The notes below the pieces were generated by a model. That model had not been told where the DNA came from. It did no database searches and saw nothing but the letters and a program-made list of their open reading frames with translations. The translations under genes and the position numbers were made by a program. A stretch of DNA of 64,000 bases from the human T2T-CHM13v2.0 reference genome, Homo sapiens: assembly GCF_009914755.1 (NCBI RefSeq), contig NC_060926.1; one strand, written 5' to 3'. Below, in pieces: positions 1-16,582 of the stretch (positions within the stretch are counted from its first letter, which is position 1; each line of letters begins with the position of its first letter).

Positions 1-138
1 TCAGCGGACTTTTCACACAGTTTCGTTAAAATTCCTTGGTCTGTCTTGCAGTTTGAATGCAGCTAAAGCTCCTGTCAGTGGCCTTTGCACACAGTTACGT
101 TAAAATTCCTTGGTCTGTCTTGCAGTTTGAATGCAGCT
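1..138. repeat. Tandem duplication, period 74 bp
   Basis: CACACAGTT(T/A)CGTTAAAATTCCTTGGTCTGTCTTGCAGTTTGAATGCAGCT at 14-64 and 88-138, one mismatch. Confidence 0.95.
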
Positions 139-650
139 GTTACCCATTGTAACACCATATATTTGTCGTTTGGAAGATATTGGCTCACTGAGTTTGGCAG
201 ATCTCAAGCTGACGCATTTCATTAATAGCGCCGAATAACATTCGTTACCATCGCTATTGATTTCATTAGGAAAGTCTTTATGTTAAAAGCCGTCAGATAC
301 AAGGTGGTGTTTACAAGTTTTCCAAAATTCTCATTTTCGGTTGAAAGCTTGCTTTTTATCATTGGGAGCAAAATATTGTCAATTGTTTTCCTCAAAGTGA
401 CAGACTCACTTTGTTCAGTTTCAAGGAAGTGTCCGGCAATACAGGTTTAAATAACCCTAGTTTGTCAGTTGTTCTTTCCCGTAAAAATGGTATTTCATGA
501 CACAAGCAAGTTAATTCAGCTCATCGCTCTATTACAGAAGTGCACGCCTGCCATTTGGTCACAAGTAACAAAAAAGAGTCAAAGCTCAAGATTTGATAAC
601 AATAATTTGTACTCCTTCATCATGGACTTTTTTCCTTAAAAAAAAGTATT
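1..650. mobile_element. Charlie1-type hAT DNA transposon fragment
   Basis: Resembles recalled Charlie1 internal sequence (ACAAGTTTTCCAAAATTCTCATTTTC; GTAAAAATGGTATTTCATGA). Confidence 0.65.
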
Positions 651-849
651 GACTAGTAAGTTGATATAAAATTTAAAGTATTTGTGAGATATTAAGAATA
701 ACGGATATGTAGTGTAATAAAGGAGATAATAGTTTCCTTTTAAGACCTTCAAACCTCTCTGGTCCAGTGTCTCTCCGCATCCTATCCCCTTCCCATCCTG
801 AATTTACCATTAGTAATTTACTTTTTGGAGGGAGAGTAATAAGTTCATT

Positions 850-1650
<801 letters not shown>

Positions 1651-1654
1651 AAAA

Positions 1655-1912
1655 GTGAAATTGACATTATTTTCCTGTGAGTACATAAAGGTAAAGAATT
1701 CAGGGACAGTACCACGGCCCTCTTTAGTGCTAAGCGGCCAGCAGTTGTACCGACTGTTGTTTTTGCACTATCTGTGTGTCAACACAGTCCACAATGCTAC
1801 AGTGACTTCTTAGGAATATCTTAGTATGATGAAAATAGTTTTGATCTCTCGGATCCCTTAAAAAGGTCTTGGAGACCCTCAGGAGTTCAAGGCCATACTT
1901 TAAGAACCACTG
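1655..1912. mobile_element. Charlie1-type terminal fragment (continuation of the element at 1-650)
   Basis: Ends CATACTTTAAGAACCACTG, a typical hAT/Charlie terminus; separated from the first part by L1M and Alu insertions. Confidence 0.6.
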
Positions 1913-3334
1913 TTAAAGACATAATCCTAAATGATGAAGGATATGCAGGTATTGGGGATATTTAAAAAGGAACAAATACAAGGTTTCTCTTAAAATTGCT
2001 CTTGAATGCTTGTGGTAGTGTGTGCCTTGTAGTTTTGGCTAGTTTTAGTAGGATGTAATAACTAAGACTTGGACCACCATGGAAGAAGCAACTTTCTGCC
2101 TTTCAGGATTTTCCCTGATAAGAAAATGGCCAGTGCCATTATGAAGAGGGACAATGCCATGGGCCTAAGTGTATTCACACTTTTCAGTGCTCTGTGCCTG
2201 TTTGTATGGTGAGAAAATCGAACTGTTGATTTTTAAGAAAGCTAAGGAAAGTTTGGTGGTACAAAAGATCATTTCAGTTCTGGTGGTTCCGGTTTTTGCA
2301 GGCTTAGAGAAAACTGTCCATCAGGATTGTGCTGTCTTGATTTTATTTGATCATTCCCACCCTTTTCCCTTTGCTGTAGCCCCTTGACCTGTCTCCTGGG
2401 CAGTTCTTTCCTTTGCTAAATGTGAGTACAACAAGTAGGCTTTCCTTTCCTCCTAGAGAGGGGGACCTTGGAGCCCCTCCACTGGGTCAGAGAAACTTCC
2501 ATAGCTGCAGCAGATCAGTAACAGGAGAGCCGAGCTTTACTCTGAAAGCCTCTATTTTCAATAATGTTGTGTTTGCTCTTTGGATAATCATTTAAATAAT
2601 TAAACCTCAGTATAGGTCATGTTCTTACCTAGGTTTGCACTTAAATAGAAGGAAAAACATCTCAAACCATTTTGTTAGTTTTATAGTTCTCGTAACTACA
2701 CTTTAAGCTGTGGTTTTCCACCCACAGGGATGTCATCTACATTATATGCTGGACTGTTGCCACATTGTCTTCCAAAAACTTTAATTTTAAGACACTTGAG
2801 AAGCAGGAGCTGCACTACCTGTTGCCATATACTGTGCATTCTTCAGCAACAGAGGTTTTCTTTTCACTCTTTCTGATATAATCTCATCTCTTTTATTTGA
2901 TCATATCACACATTTCCACCCTGGAGCTTACTGCAGGAATGAGTAAGGGAGTCATTTTCCTGCATCTTTTTTCACGTTGGAGCACGTTTTGGAGCTTGAT
3001 GAGTCTTCAGTGACATTTAACAGTGGGGCGGGACAGCTGCAGATAAAGCAAGTGCTGAAGAGTGCATTCTGTGAGAGGTAGGAAGAAAGGTGAAGGCAGT
3101 AGTTCAGCTGCTGGGAGTATGTGCTTGGCAGTGGGAGGCACGGGACTCAGCATCAGCACACCAGGAATCCAGGGCTTTCAGGATGTCTGAGTAGCAGGCA
3201 AGGTAAAGCAAGATAACAGACAACATGCATTTACAAGTAATGTTTACACATACTTTCCCTTTCTACAAAAATGGAATCATAGTCATACTATTCTGCAATT
3301 GCTTTTTTTAGTATTAAAAAAGTTACGGGAAAAC

Positions 3335-3495
3335 ATGCAAAACAAAATTTACTATTTTAACCATTTTTGAGTGTACAGTTCTGTGGCATTATGTACATTG
3401 ACGTTGCTGTGCAACCATCACTACCCTTCCTTCCAAGAACTTTTTCATCTTCCCAAACTGAAACTCTGTGACCAGTAAATACCAACTCCCCATTT
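3335..3495 (-). mobile_element. L1MB-type 3' end fragment
   Basis: AAAATTTACTATTTTAACCATTTTTGAGTGTACAGTTC; flanked by repeated TGCAATTGCTTTTTT (possible TSD). Confidence 0.65.
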
Positions 3496-3700
3496 CTTGC
3501 AATTGCTTTTTTACTTCAACAAGCTGTCTTAGAGCGGTGTATCTGGGTTTACCTTATGTTTTTTAACCTTAGTTTTAATGGCTGCATAGTATTTCACAGT
3601 GTACATGTGATATGATTTGTACATCCAGTCCTTGACTAGTGGTTATTTGGGTTCTATTTTTTAATTATCACAAACACTTTGAACATCTCTGCCAGAGTGT

Positions 3701-4004
3701 TTTTTGTTTTGTTTTGTTTTTGAGACAAGGTCTCACTCTGTCACCCAGGCTGGAGTAAAGTGGTGCAATCATGGCTCACTGCAGCCTCAACCTCCTGGGG
3801 TCAGGTGATCCTTTCACCTTAGACTTCTGAGTAGCTGGGACAACAGGTACATGCCACTATGCCCGGCTAATATTTTGTATTTTTTGTAGTGACAGGGTTT
3901 CCCCATCTTGCCCAGCCTAGTGTTGAATTCCTGGCCTCAAGCGATCCGCCCTTCTCGGCCTCTCAAAGTTCTGGGATTACAGGCGCGAGCCACTGCACCC
4001 AGCT
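3701..4004 (-). mobile_element. Alu (J-like)
   Basis: Full dimer in reverse orientation. Confidence 0.92.
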
Positions 4005-4791
4005 ACCAGAGTTTTCATAGCTTTCTGAGTGTAGAGTTAGTATGTGCATGAGTGTTTGGGTCCATGTTCTAGTCCTAGTTCTGTCCCTTCATGGCTCTTT
4101 GACTTTGGCCCTGTCAGTGTCTTTAAGCCTCAGATTCTTAATTTATAAAATAATCCCACCTGTCTCAGAGGTTGTTGTGATAACTAAATATGAAGGCAAA
4201 TGCAAATATTTCTGAAAGGATACCGATGAAATTTTTAGTGATTGTTGCTTCTGGAGAGGGAGTCTAGGCACCTGAGAATCCAGGATGAGAGGGACATTTT
4301 TTGTTGTATAGCTTTTTGTACTGTTTTGATTTTTAAAATCGTGTATGTTTTCATTTTTAAACCATTTAACACCATGCCAGGAACATAGTAGATGCTCAAT
4401 GAAGTCATCATTTCCCATCATCCTGGTTCTTTTCCTCCAGACTTATACTGCTGCTAATGGCACCTAACATGGTTGCTTTTGTTTCTTCCTGTCCTTCCCT
4501 CCCTATAGCCACCTTCTTGCTGAGTTCTTACCTTCGAATTTTCTCTTGAATCCATCGTTTTCTTTTTTCACTCCTTTCTTACTGATTTCCTTTTCACCCT
4601 GGTTCTGAAAATCTTTCAAATGAACATAAGATGATAGTATTAAGACTGGGAAAGACTTGAGAGAATGCAGAGCCAGTGTCCTGTGGACTGTAAACTTATT
4701 CCAACTGGCTTGAAAAAAAAAATCTATGCACATACTAAGTGTTTGAAGTGGAACAAATAATGTTTTGTGAATGTTTCTAATTTTCATTTAA

Positions 4792-5118
<327 letters not shown>

Positions 5119-7771
5119 TGATAAAGTACAGATTCTTTTAAAGGGTTTGTGGAATTCGTGGTAGTATTTATATAGTGCATGCTTTATCTGTTAACGTGCT
5201 AAAAAGACAATCATGGTGACATGAAGATCTAAGAAAATTTATTTAACATTTAAAAAGTGGGTTTATATGTGAAAAAGTTGGAACCTACTGAACTCATGCA
5301 CTTTAGTGGGTCCCCTGCATTAGCCCTTTATTTAAATACACTGCTTCTTTATTTTACAGGACAGGATTTGCCTAGAAGGTAAAATAGTTTATTCAAGGCC
5401 GAAAGTCAGTTAACAGCAGGGTTAGGAATACAGCCCAAGATGTGGTTGTATTGTGGGGTCTCCTCTGCTATATTACGTTGGTTTGCTCTGTTACTTTATT
5501 CACATTGCATTGTTACAGTTTGTTGTGTGTATATATTTTATCTTTTTGTCTACAGTATAGAGTAAATACCTTGAGGACCAAGACCTATAGCTGAGCCCAT
5601 TAACATAGTACATTTGGAAATGTCTGAATGAATTATGGATATTGGCCCAGAATTGTTCTATTACAGGTGTCCTGGATGTCAGTCTCTTTCAAGTGATTCC
5701 TTTTGAAGAACACTTCAGAAGTGTTGTTGAAGACCTGGTATTCCTAGCCACATGTGCTGGTGCTTGCAACTTTTTCCTCCCCAGAGAGATCCCTTCCTAT
5801 TGACGGGCTTCCTTACCAATGCATCAGCTGAGTGACAAATGTTACCAACTACTTAAACAGATATGTTTATTTCTCATTGGTAAATGTAGCTGTTGTTTTG
5901 TTTTTGTTTGCTTACTTTTAAAGCTGGGCACATTGCTGTCCATTTTAAAATTTGCCTTGTTAATACAGTGAGGAAGGGAGGGAGAATGGACATTGGGTAG
6001 GCAGTTGCAGCTTTTGCCACAGCTAGCTGTTTCTCCTTCTCAGTGCAGTAGATTCAACAGGATTTGTTTTTCTGTGCAGGTACAGTGCAGGTGCACCTGA
6101 CTGATCTGTCATCCATGTTGGTTTCAGATTTTTCTAAAGAACTACTTTGGTCACATGTTTTCAAAATATTGAGAAGCTGCTTATTGCCTGTCAAGTAGGT
6201 CCAAACTCCAGCGCCTGGAATTTAAGGCTGTTTGTGATCTGGCCCAACCCATCTTCATAGCCTTGTCACACACTGTTTCCTTAGCCTTTGTCTCTCTAAC
6301 CCACTGCCTTTTTCTGAAAATGATGATTTCCTGCCTCAGTGCTGTTCATGCCCTTCTCTGGGCCTGGAAAATCATCATCTTTTGTGTTTTCTTGGCAGCT
6401 GGGACAAAATTGCCGCTTCTCTCATAAAATAACGAATTCCTGGAGCATTAATTTAGCCCCCGCTGTGTAGTAGGGAATTAGGGATTCAGAGCTTTTTCTG
6501 TTTTCCCAAAGCATTTTGAATTCTTTTTTGGTAATTACCAATTTCTGTTTTGTTTTATAGTTTTTTGTATATATGTCTAAGCTTTTCTGCCAAAGTGTAA
6601 TCTCTGGAAGTAAAGGAATGTCTTAATCAAATTTGTTAAATATCCAAAGAAAAACAAGCTGCACAGTAGGCTTTATTTCTCCTTTTATTTGTTGTTAGTG
6701 AATCGAAAAGTTCAGGGCTAGCTCTGTTTAGTGTCTTTGACGTTGTTTGAATAAATTCACAAAACTTTGAGTAAAACAGGATCATTTTCTTTGGTTTAGC
6801 TTGACTCTACAGTGTATTACAGACTGCTGGCAGAGACCCAACATCATGAAACATTTAGGAGAAATTCAGATGATATTTAGGCATCCTTGTTTAGTTTCCT
6901 CCTAGGCCACTGTTTTGGAAACTCGGTTAGTCATAACCACCTTCTCTTAATTACCTACTTCCACACAAATACCTTAAGGATATTGTTTTATATAATCTTA
7001 CCATCACAGCCACACCACGAAGTAGGATCTTTATATCTATTTTACAGATAAGGAAACCAAGCTCAAGAGGTTAAGAACTCACCAAGTCATACAATTAGTG
7101 ACAGCTGGGATTCATACCGAAGTGCCCTGTAGAGCCCTGTGTCTCCTCACTTCATGGCACTGGTCAAGAAGAGGTCACAGCTCGCTAATTGTTTTTCCAA
7201 GTCTCAAGGCTTTTTCTTGGCATGTCCAGACAACCTATCCAGTTTTACTCCCTCCTACCCTTACGCTTATATCATCTTATTGCCAACCATACCACAGTCC
7301 TTCTTTCTGAACTTGATTTTTGTTACTCTGCTAGGAGTAGCCTTTCCTTTTTTAAGGGGGTAGGAGTTCCCAAGTCTTACAACTCAAGTCCCAGCTTAAA
7401 CTCCTCTGTCTTGAAGATGACTTCCTTGGCTGCTTCAACACCTATTAGGCTTTCTTTTCTTGACCTCCCGGAGAATGCATTGGGTAAGATTCAGTTCTTT
7501 ACCCAAATTTAATGTGTCTGTATTTGTGTGCAACACACAAACTTCATTATTTTTATTTGAACTCTTGGCTGTGCTTGCATATGTGAAAGTGATATTTACA
7601 AATTTTGGAACACATCTTTCAATACAATTTGTGTCCATTATATACACTGTACTATGCTATAGGGCATGGAGTATACAGCTGTAATAGAGTGAAGGACACA
7701 TTGTCTAATATTGTAGCTTTGTGTGTACAAGTCCCATAAGAGACTGTTTAAAAAAGTCTTTTAGAAATTTC

Positions 7772-8720
7772 ACTGGGCATGGTGGCTCACACCTGTAATC
7801 TCAGCACTTTGGGAGGCTGAGGTGAGAGGATCGCTTGAGCCCAGGAGTTCAAGATGAGCCTGGGCAACATAGTGGTACCTCATCTCTACAAAAAATTTTA
7901 AAATTAGCTGGGCATGGTGGCACGTGCCCGTAGTCCTGTGGCAGGCTAGGTCTCACTAATGCAGGCCTCCATAACAGCTGTTTCAATACTGACTGACTGG
8001 TTAAGTGAAATAGTAAAAGCTAAACAAGTCAGTGCCCTTATCAAAGGCTGGAGTGTAACAGAAACCTACCAAGAGTTTTGCCTAGGCCTTTCCTGGGCCT
8101 TAAAGCATGAGAAAATAACAAAAGAATTCTTAACAGGACCCTTTTAGGATTAAACAAATTTTATTGTGGGTCTGAAAAAACTCCCCAAACCTCTGTGATT
8201 TAGTAGGAGAGAAGGGTAATCACCTCAGCACCTGGACCCATTTAGATGAAGTAAATCTACTGAGGATCCAGAAGAAGGTCTCCAGCACTCAGACCTTAGT
8301 TATAGATTAAAAGAAGTTAATCACTTACGTCTTCAGGTGAATGCACACTTACCTGTAGACATATAGCTTAGAAGGTATATAAGCTCTGGAAAACTGCAAT
8401 TTTGAGTTGGTCTGGTGATAATTTCCAGGCCTTCTCCCTGTAACTGGTTGCAGAAATAAAAACTCTCTTCCTCCCCTGTTCATCTGCATCTCGTTATTGG
8501 GCCACGAGAAATAGCAGCCCAACCCTCAGTTTGGTCCAGGAAGAGTCCCAGCTACTCAGGAGGCTGAGGTGGGAGGATCACTTGAGCCTGGGAGGTTGAG
8601 TCTTGCCACTGCACTCCAGCCTGGGCAACACAGCAAGACTCTTTCTTTCTCTGTCTTTCTCTCCCTCTCTCTTTTCTCTCTTCTCTCTTTCCCTGTCTCT
8701 CTCAAAAAAAGTAAAAAGAA
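7772..8720 (+). mobile_element. Alu (J-like) split by an LTR insertion
   Basis: The Alu runs to TAGTCC (7936) and resumes GTCCCAGCTACTC at 8545. Confidence 0.9.
7937..8544 (+). mobile_element. ERV1-class solo LTR (LTR15-like; subfamily uncertain)
   Basis: Starts TG, TATATAA at 8376, AATAAA at 8455, and a 4-bp TSD GTCC at 7933-7936 and 8545-8548. Confidence 0.85.
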
Positions 8721-8997
8721 ATTTAAAGGAGGAAGTGGTAATTTGTTAGTAGTTATTATAGATTAGTTGTTACTTATTGAAGACATTAGGACCAGTCAAA
8801 TATTATTGGATTCTTAGCAGGTAGAGGTGTATTGGTCATCATAGGGTTCAACCAGAGGCCTGGCTTATTTGGAATGTTGTAGGGAAAATTCAAGAATCAG
8901 GGAGAACAGTGCTCTCAAAACATGGGCTGCAGACTTCTAATGGCATGGGGTTCATGCTAAAAATGCTGATTGCTCAGCCTCATCCCATACTTCTTGA

Positions 8998-9435
<438 letters not shown>

Positions 9436-9793
9436 TGATGGCAAATCTTTGACTGAAGGCCAATCTTTTTTCACTCTTCTCTCCCCTGTGTCATATCATA
9501 GAGATTTTAATATGTATCCTTAAAAGATAAGGACTCTTCAAAAAACTGTTTAAACATAACCTCAGCATCACACCTGAAAAAGATGAGTAGTAATTCCTTG
9601 ATATCATCAACTACACAGTGTTTAAATTTCTGTTTATCCCAAACATCAATTTTATTTTGTGGTTTTTCTAAATTGAGATCTGAATAAGGTTCACAAATTT
9701 GATAGGTTGATAAGTCTTTTAGTCTCTTTTAACATATAAGTATACCTTTCATCTTTTTCTTTTCTCTTGTGATTTTGTTGTTGCTGTTGTTGA

Positions 9794-10157
<364 letters not shown>

Positions 10158-10891
10158 TGCATCCTCTATTATATTAATATATTCTGTAAATTGGTAGTTG
10201 GATCTAAAAAAGCAGTTCTCAGTTCTTGGTCTTGGGACCACTTTACTCTCTTAAAAATTATTGAAGACTGCTGTGTCTTTTGGAAATAGGTAACTTGTTT
10301 GATCTTAAGGGCTCATAGCTGGAGGAGAACTTGCCTCAGGATGAATGGTGCCTTGAGTCTTACCCATATCTGATTCAGATGCACCTCTTTCATAATAAAT
10401 GGGAAAATGACAGAACTATTTTACCTCACAGGCTGTACAAAAACAGGGACAGGCTGGTTTGGCCTCTGGACCCCACTATGCAGACTTTCAATCTGGATTA
10501 TTATTAATGCATTGAGGGTTTCAAAGATGGAAATATTCTAATTGTTATTGAAGACATTGCAGGTCCTAGCTGCTGTACTTCTAAAAAGAGAAGCCCTCCT
10601 TAACTATTTAGTAATCTGATGATACAATCTGACAGATTACACATCACTCTTACGTTGTTAGCATGTAATCCTGTCTAGTCTCCTACTTAATAATATGTGT
10701 ATTGCCTTAGCATATATCACTTTAGTATAATACTGGTTATAGAATCTGTGCTCCAAAAGTACATTGTCTGTGGTATCTAGATAGTCCTTCACTTTTGGAT
10801 GCTTTAGGTTTACAGAGTACTAAATTAGGGTTGAGGTGTCACTTTCTGACTTGGACTAGTGATTGTTTTCCCTTGCTCTCAGGCTACCGCC

Positions 10892-11072
10892 TTTTTTTTT
10901 TTTTTTTTTTTTTTTTTTAGGAGACAGAGTCTTACTCTGTCCTCGAGGCTGGAGTGTGTGCAGTGGATCGATCATAGCTCACTGTCAACCTTGAACTCCT
11001 GGGCTTCAGGGTTCCTCCTGCCTCAGCCTCCCAAAATGCTGGGATTACAGGTGTGAGCCACGGTGCCTGGGC
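10892..11072 (-). mobile_element. Alu monomer or internally deleted Alu
   Basis: Poly-T followed by ~150 bp of Alu sequence. Confidence 0.85.
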
Positions 11073-13895
11073 CGCCCTCCTACTCTGTAAGTGCATGTTG
11101 CTCTTGTACTATGAGCCCCTCTGGTTAGGATGGCCTCTGCACTTCTTGGAAGTCCACTGGAATGGTGATAACTTCCCACTCATATTAAGTGATCCCTGTT
11201 CATTGGCTGATTGGCATTCCATCATTAATGTTTGGGTCATTTATAGCTAAACCAGCAGAGCCTAGTGGATCATTCTCTAGCGAGCCTGTCTAATTTGAGT
11301 GATTTTTTTTTTTTTTTTAAAGACAATGGTATAAATAGTTTTATGTTAAATATCATACAGACTTTGAAATGTTCAATGAAAGATAGAAGGAAGATAATCT
11401 CTAAAGGGCAAAGTAAGTTGTTTATGGAGACTTCTATAAAGCACCTGTAAATCATTTGGGTGTCAATACTGTGCATGTTTTATAATGGAGAATAAAGTTT
11501 CCTTAATGATGCTTGTGTTTGAAGTATAACGTTTTGCTTTTCAGTAATGGTCTCCCTGACTATAATTGTGTCTATAACTTTAGTCTGTTACGGAAAAAAT
11601 GAAATGGCTGATAGATAAGAGTTCTGATTTCATTATGAGGTAAGAAGAAGGGTTGATGGAGTTCATTGGGGGAGTTGTGGTTTGAAGTTGTTTAATGTAA
11701 ATTTTGAATAAAGGTTTTACCTTGCGCTTTGGATTGCAAAGGTGCAGTTAGACTTTGACTTCAACACAAAACTGGTGTGCTTCCACACTTACTGATAGTG
11801 GTGTTAAACTTTTCAGTTGCTGGGAAATAGGCCAAGTCCTGTTGTGGATTGGGTGGTGGATAGTCAGGCAGGACATCCTTAGGGATTGCCCTGCTGTACC
11901 CTTCATCACCAAGGGATGGTATAGGGCAGAGGTGGAATTGATGAGGTTGAGGGTGTCTTTCTCTTCAAACCCTTAGAACATGATGCTTAGTGTCTCCAGC
12001 ATAGGTCAGTTTGCTAACTGCTGGCTCCAAGAGGGTGGACACTCTCTTGGGTGGGATAGTTCTCTCATAGCTGGGCCCACAACACAGATGCAGAAAGAGA
12101 CAGGTAAAAATGACAGGTGCCAAGCCCATAACTAGCCAAGAGGGACTGTTGGCAGTTTGACTTATGTCTTCTGTCCAGTTGAGATTTGTTCTTTGAGTGT
12201 CCTAGAAGCTAAAGCATAGGAATATAGGTTAAAATTTAGCCTGGTTCCTCAGGCTTGTGTTGAACGCCTCTTTCTGTTATTCTAATGGGAAGTTTCAGAA
12301 CAAAACAATTATTCATTCTCCACTTTCAAATTTTTCCTTGATAGAGTGTGTGGAGGAAATGGTGCCCAAAATACCAGCATTTAAGGTCATTGCCTACATT
12401 AGAATATATCGGTTCCCTTGGGTTTTACTGGATTGCTGTCAGAATACTTCTTTCTTTAGAATACAATACGGACTTTGTCATATTGAAGCATGTTTTAGGG
12501 AATATATAGTAGTCTTAATTAGAATCTGGAGATGGAGTAATTCATCCGTCAAATGAGCAGCCTTTTGTTTTAGGAGTGTGGGTAGTGATATTTTTGCAAT
12601 AGCCGTGAAACCTTTGTAAACATGGCTAGAGACTGGTTTTCTCTTTTTAAAAATGGGTTCAAGAAAGTAGGAGCTTTGTGACTAGCCCCATGAAATCTGG
12701 AAAGCTGTGTTCGCACTTAGCCCATTTCAGGTCATTGAATGTGTTTACATGACTGAGGATAATGATGAAAAAATGTGGTTAAAGATTTTAAAATGATGGA
12801 TATCTAGGACACTAGGTTACCTGGTTAATAAGATGGATGAGAATTACAATGATATAACTTTGAGGTGGGTGTAAGGGTAATTGCTGAAACAATTTTAACA
12901 ATGTTTGGGTTTTGTTTTTTTTTTTCAATGCTGGCTAACCCACATCAGGAATTGAGAACTTTTTTGTCTTTTGGGCATTTGCCAGATCTATACAAAGCAT
13001 GAAGCATCTACAGATGTCTGTTTAACACAATTCCTTTATACTTCGTAATGGAATGTTTTAACCCTGAGCATGTGGTATATACTGTATGAAATGTACTTTG
13101 TTTTAGACCTGAGTTTTCCAGTATTCGTCAGGTGCTTTCCCTTTGGGAGTGGTATTCATGATGACAGAGGACGTTGGTGAAGTGTAGAATGTGATGCTTA
13201 ATTTTAATACAGAACTGTCTATTGAGTTTGATGAAAAACAAAACAAGTTCCAGCAATTCCTCAAAATTTCAGAGGTCTGTTCCATGCTCTCCCCACCAGC
13301 CCCCCTGGCAAAGGGTCATTTTGGGACCGTGAGAACAGACAAAAACCACATCTCTGATAATTTGCTCATTCATTTAGAATGCTTTCTATGACGGAAGTTA
13401 CGGCGATAGGTTTTGGAATGTGGAGGGTGATGGGAACTCCAAGGATATAAGGCATGGGAACTCTACGAATATAAGGCTTGGGAACTTTTTAGAAATGAAG
13501 TTTTGTTTTGCACTGTCATGCTTTCCAGGATAAAGCATTGCTGGAGATTAGCTGAACAAATGAGATGAAAGCCAAAATATGCAGTTGGATATTTTAGATA
13601 AATTTTGATAAGACGTTACTTTCTAAGAATATAGCACTTTTCTACAAAAAGCTACCTATGCTTTTTGAGATACTTAAAAATCTCATGCTCATGGGACAGT
13701 GCATTGCATATAGTAGCCATTCAGTGAATACTTGTCAAATGAATAAATAATGATGCGCAGTATATTTTATTTGGTATATATGGCTTTTTGTTTGGTTTAG
13801 TGAAGTATATTTGTGGGTAGTTGCTAATAAGTAACTTTTCAGTTGACTTGACATTAAATTAGACATGGATTATTTCAATAATAATGTACAAGTAA

Positions 13896-14153
<258 letters not shown>

Positions 14154-14762
14154 TAGGAGGCAATGCAGGAACAAGTTATTTGATATGGGAAGAGGTTATA
14201 TTTTAGATAAATGAAGCTTCCAGATTACTGGATTAAATTTTTTAGCTGAAACATTAATTTTTTTCTTACGAATTTCCTCAACTTTCCATATTAATATATA
14301 GCTTCAATACTATTAATCAGAATTCCAAGTGGAATTCTTTTGGTAAAATGGACAGAATTATTATGAAGTTCGTTGAGAGGAATAAACAGGCAAGAATAGC
14401 AAAAAGCTAATTATTAAGAAGAAAGACAAATGGATAAAACCTGTTAGTAAAATAATTTGTCAGTATGTGTCAAGTTTAAAATGATTTGTAACTTGTAATT
14501 TGTAATTTCTACTTTTGTTAATCAAATCTAAGAACGTGTGGAGAAAACTGGGTGTGAGTAGATTTTGGTAGCATTATTTATACTACCAGAAAGTTTGAAA
14601 CTATGTAGATAATAAAAGGATCACTTAAAATGCCTGATGATATCCTAGAGTTTAGTGAAATTATATAATATTTATCATATTTATTAAAGCTTTGTAATAT
14701 TTTAATGTCATGACATATTATTCAGAAAAACAGGATGTGAAACTATAAATATGGTATGATTA

Positions 14763-15760
<998 letters not shown>

Positions 15761-15774
15761 CTCACACACAGCTT

Positions 15775-15897
15775 CGTTGAAGTATAATTTAAATACTATA
15801 AAATTCACTTGTTGCAAGTGTATAAGGCTTTTATGTATTTATACAGTTGCACAACCATTACAACAATGCTGTTTGAGAATATTTTCATCACTCCAAA
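15775..15897 (-). mobile_element. L1M 3' end fragment abutting the palindrome
   Basis: TTGAAGTATAATTT...CAGTTGCACAACCATTAC...GAATATTTTCATCACTCCAAA. Confidence 0.65.
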
Positions 15898-16097
15898 GTT
15901 CACTCATACTATATATATATAAATATATATTTTTATATAATAGATTTTATTTATAATATAAATATATAATGTATTATGTATTATATATTTATATATAACT
16001 GTATATTTTATATTTATATATTTAGCTATAATATAATTATATAGTTAAGTATATATAGTATATATAATATATAGTTAACACACTCTATATACATATA

Positions 16098-16098
<1 letters not shown>

Positions 16099-16146
<48 letters not shown>
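16099..16146. repeat. (GC)n(AC)n microsatellite
   Basis: GCGCGCGCGC followed directly by a long AC run. Confidence 0.95.
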
Positions 16147-16149
<3 letters not shown>

Positions 16150-16535
16150 ACCTCTGTAATTCTCACAAATCCTGGACGTTCAGATTGAAAATGATCCAAG
16201 GCATGGTTCCTATATATATATGTATATATATGTATATATGTGTATATATATGTATATATGTGTATATATATGTATATACACATATATACATATATACACT
16301 GTATACATACACTAGTATATATGTATATAGTATATGTATAATGTATATGATATACAATATACATACATACCTATGTATATTGTATATCATATACAATATA
16401 CAGATATATCTGTATATATGTATATGATATACAATATACATATATACACATATACTGTATATATACTATGTAGTATATATGTATACATATGTATATATGT
16501 GTATATACATGTATATATGTATATGTGTGTATATG

Positions 16536-16582
<47 letters not shown>

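Noticed and set aside
13150-13360. ATGATGA (box C-like) with a distant CTGA, a possible C/D snoRNA
   Set aside because: No box D at a typical distance, no terminal stem and no recognisable guide sequence.
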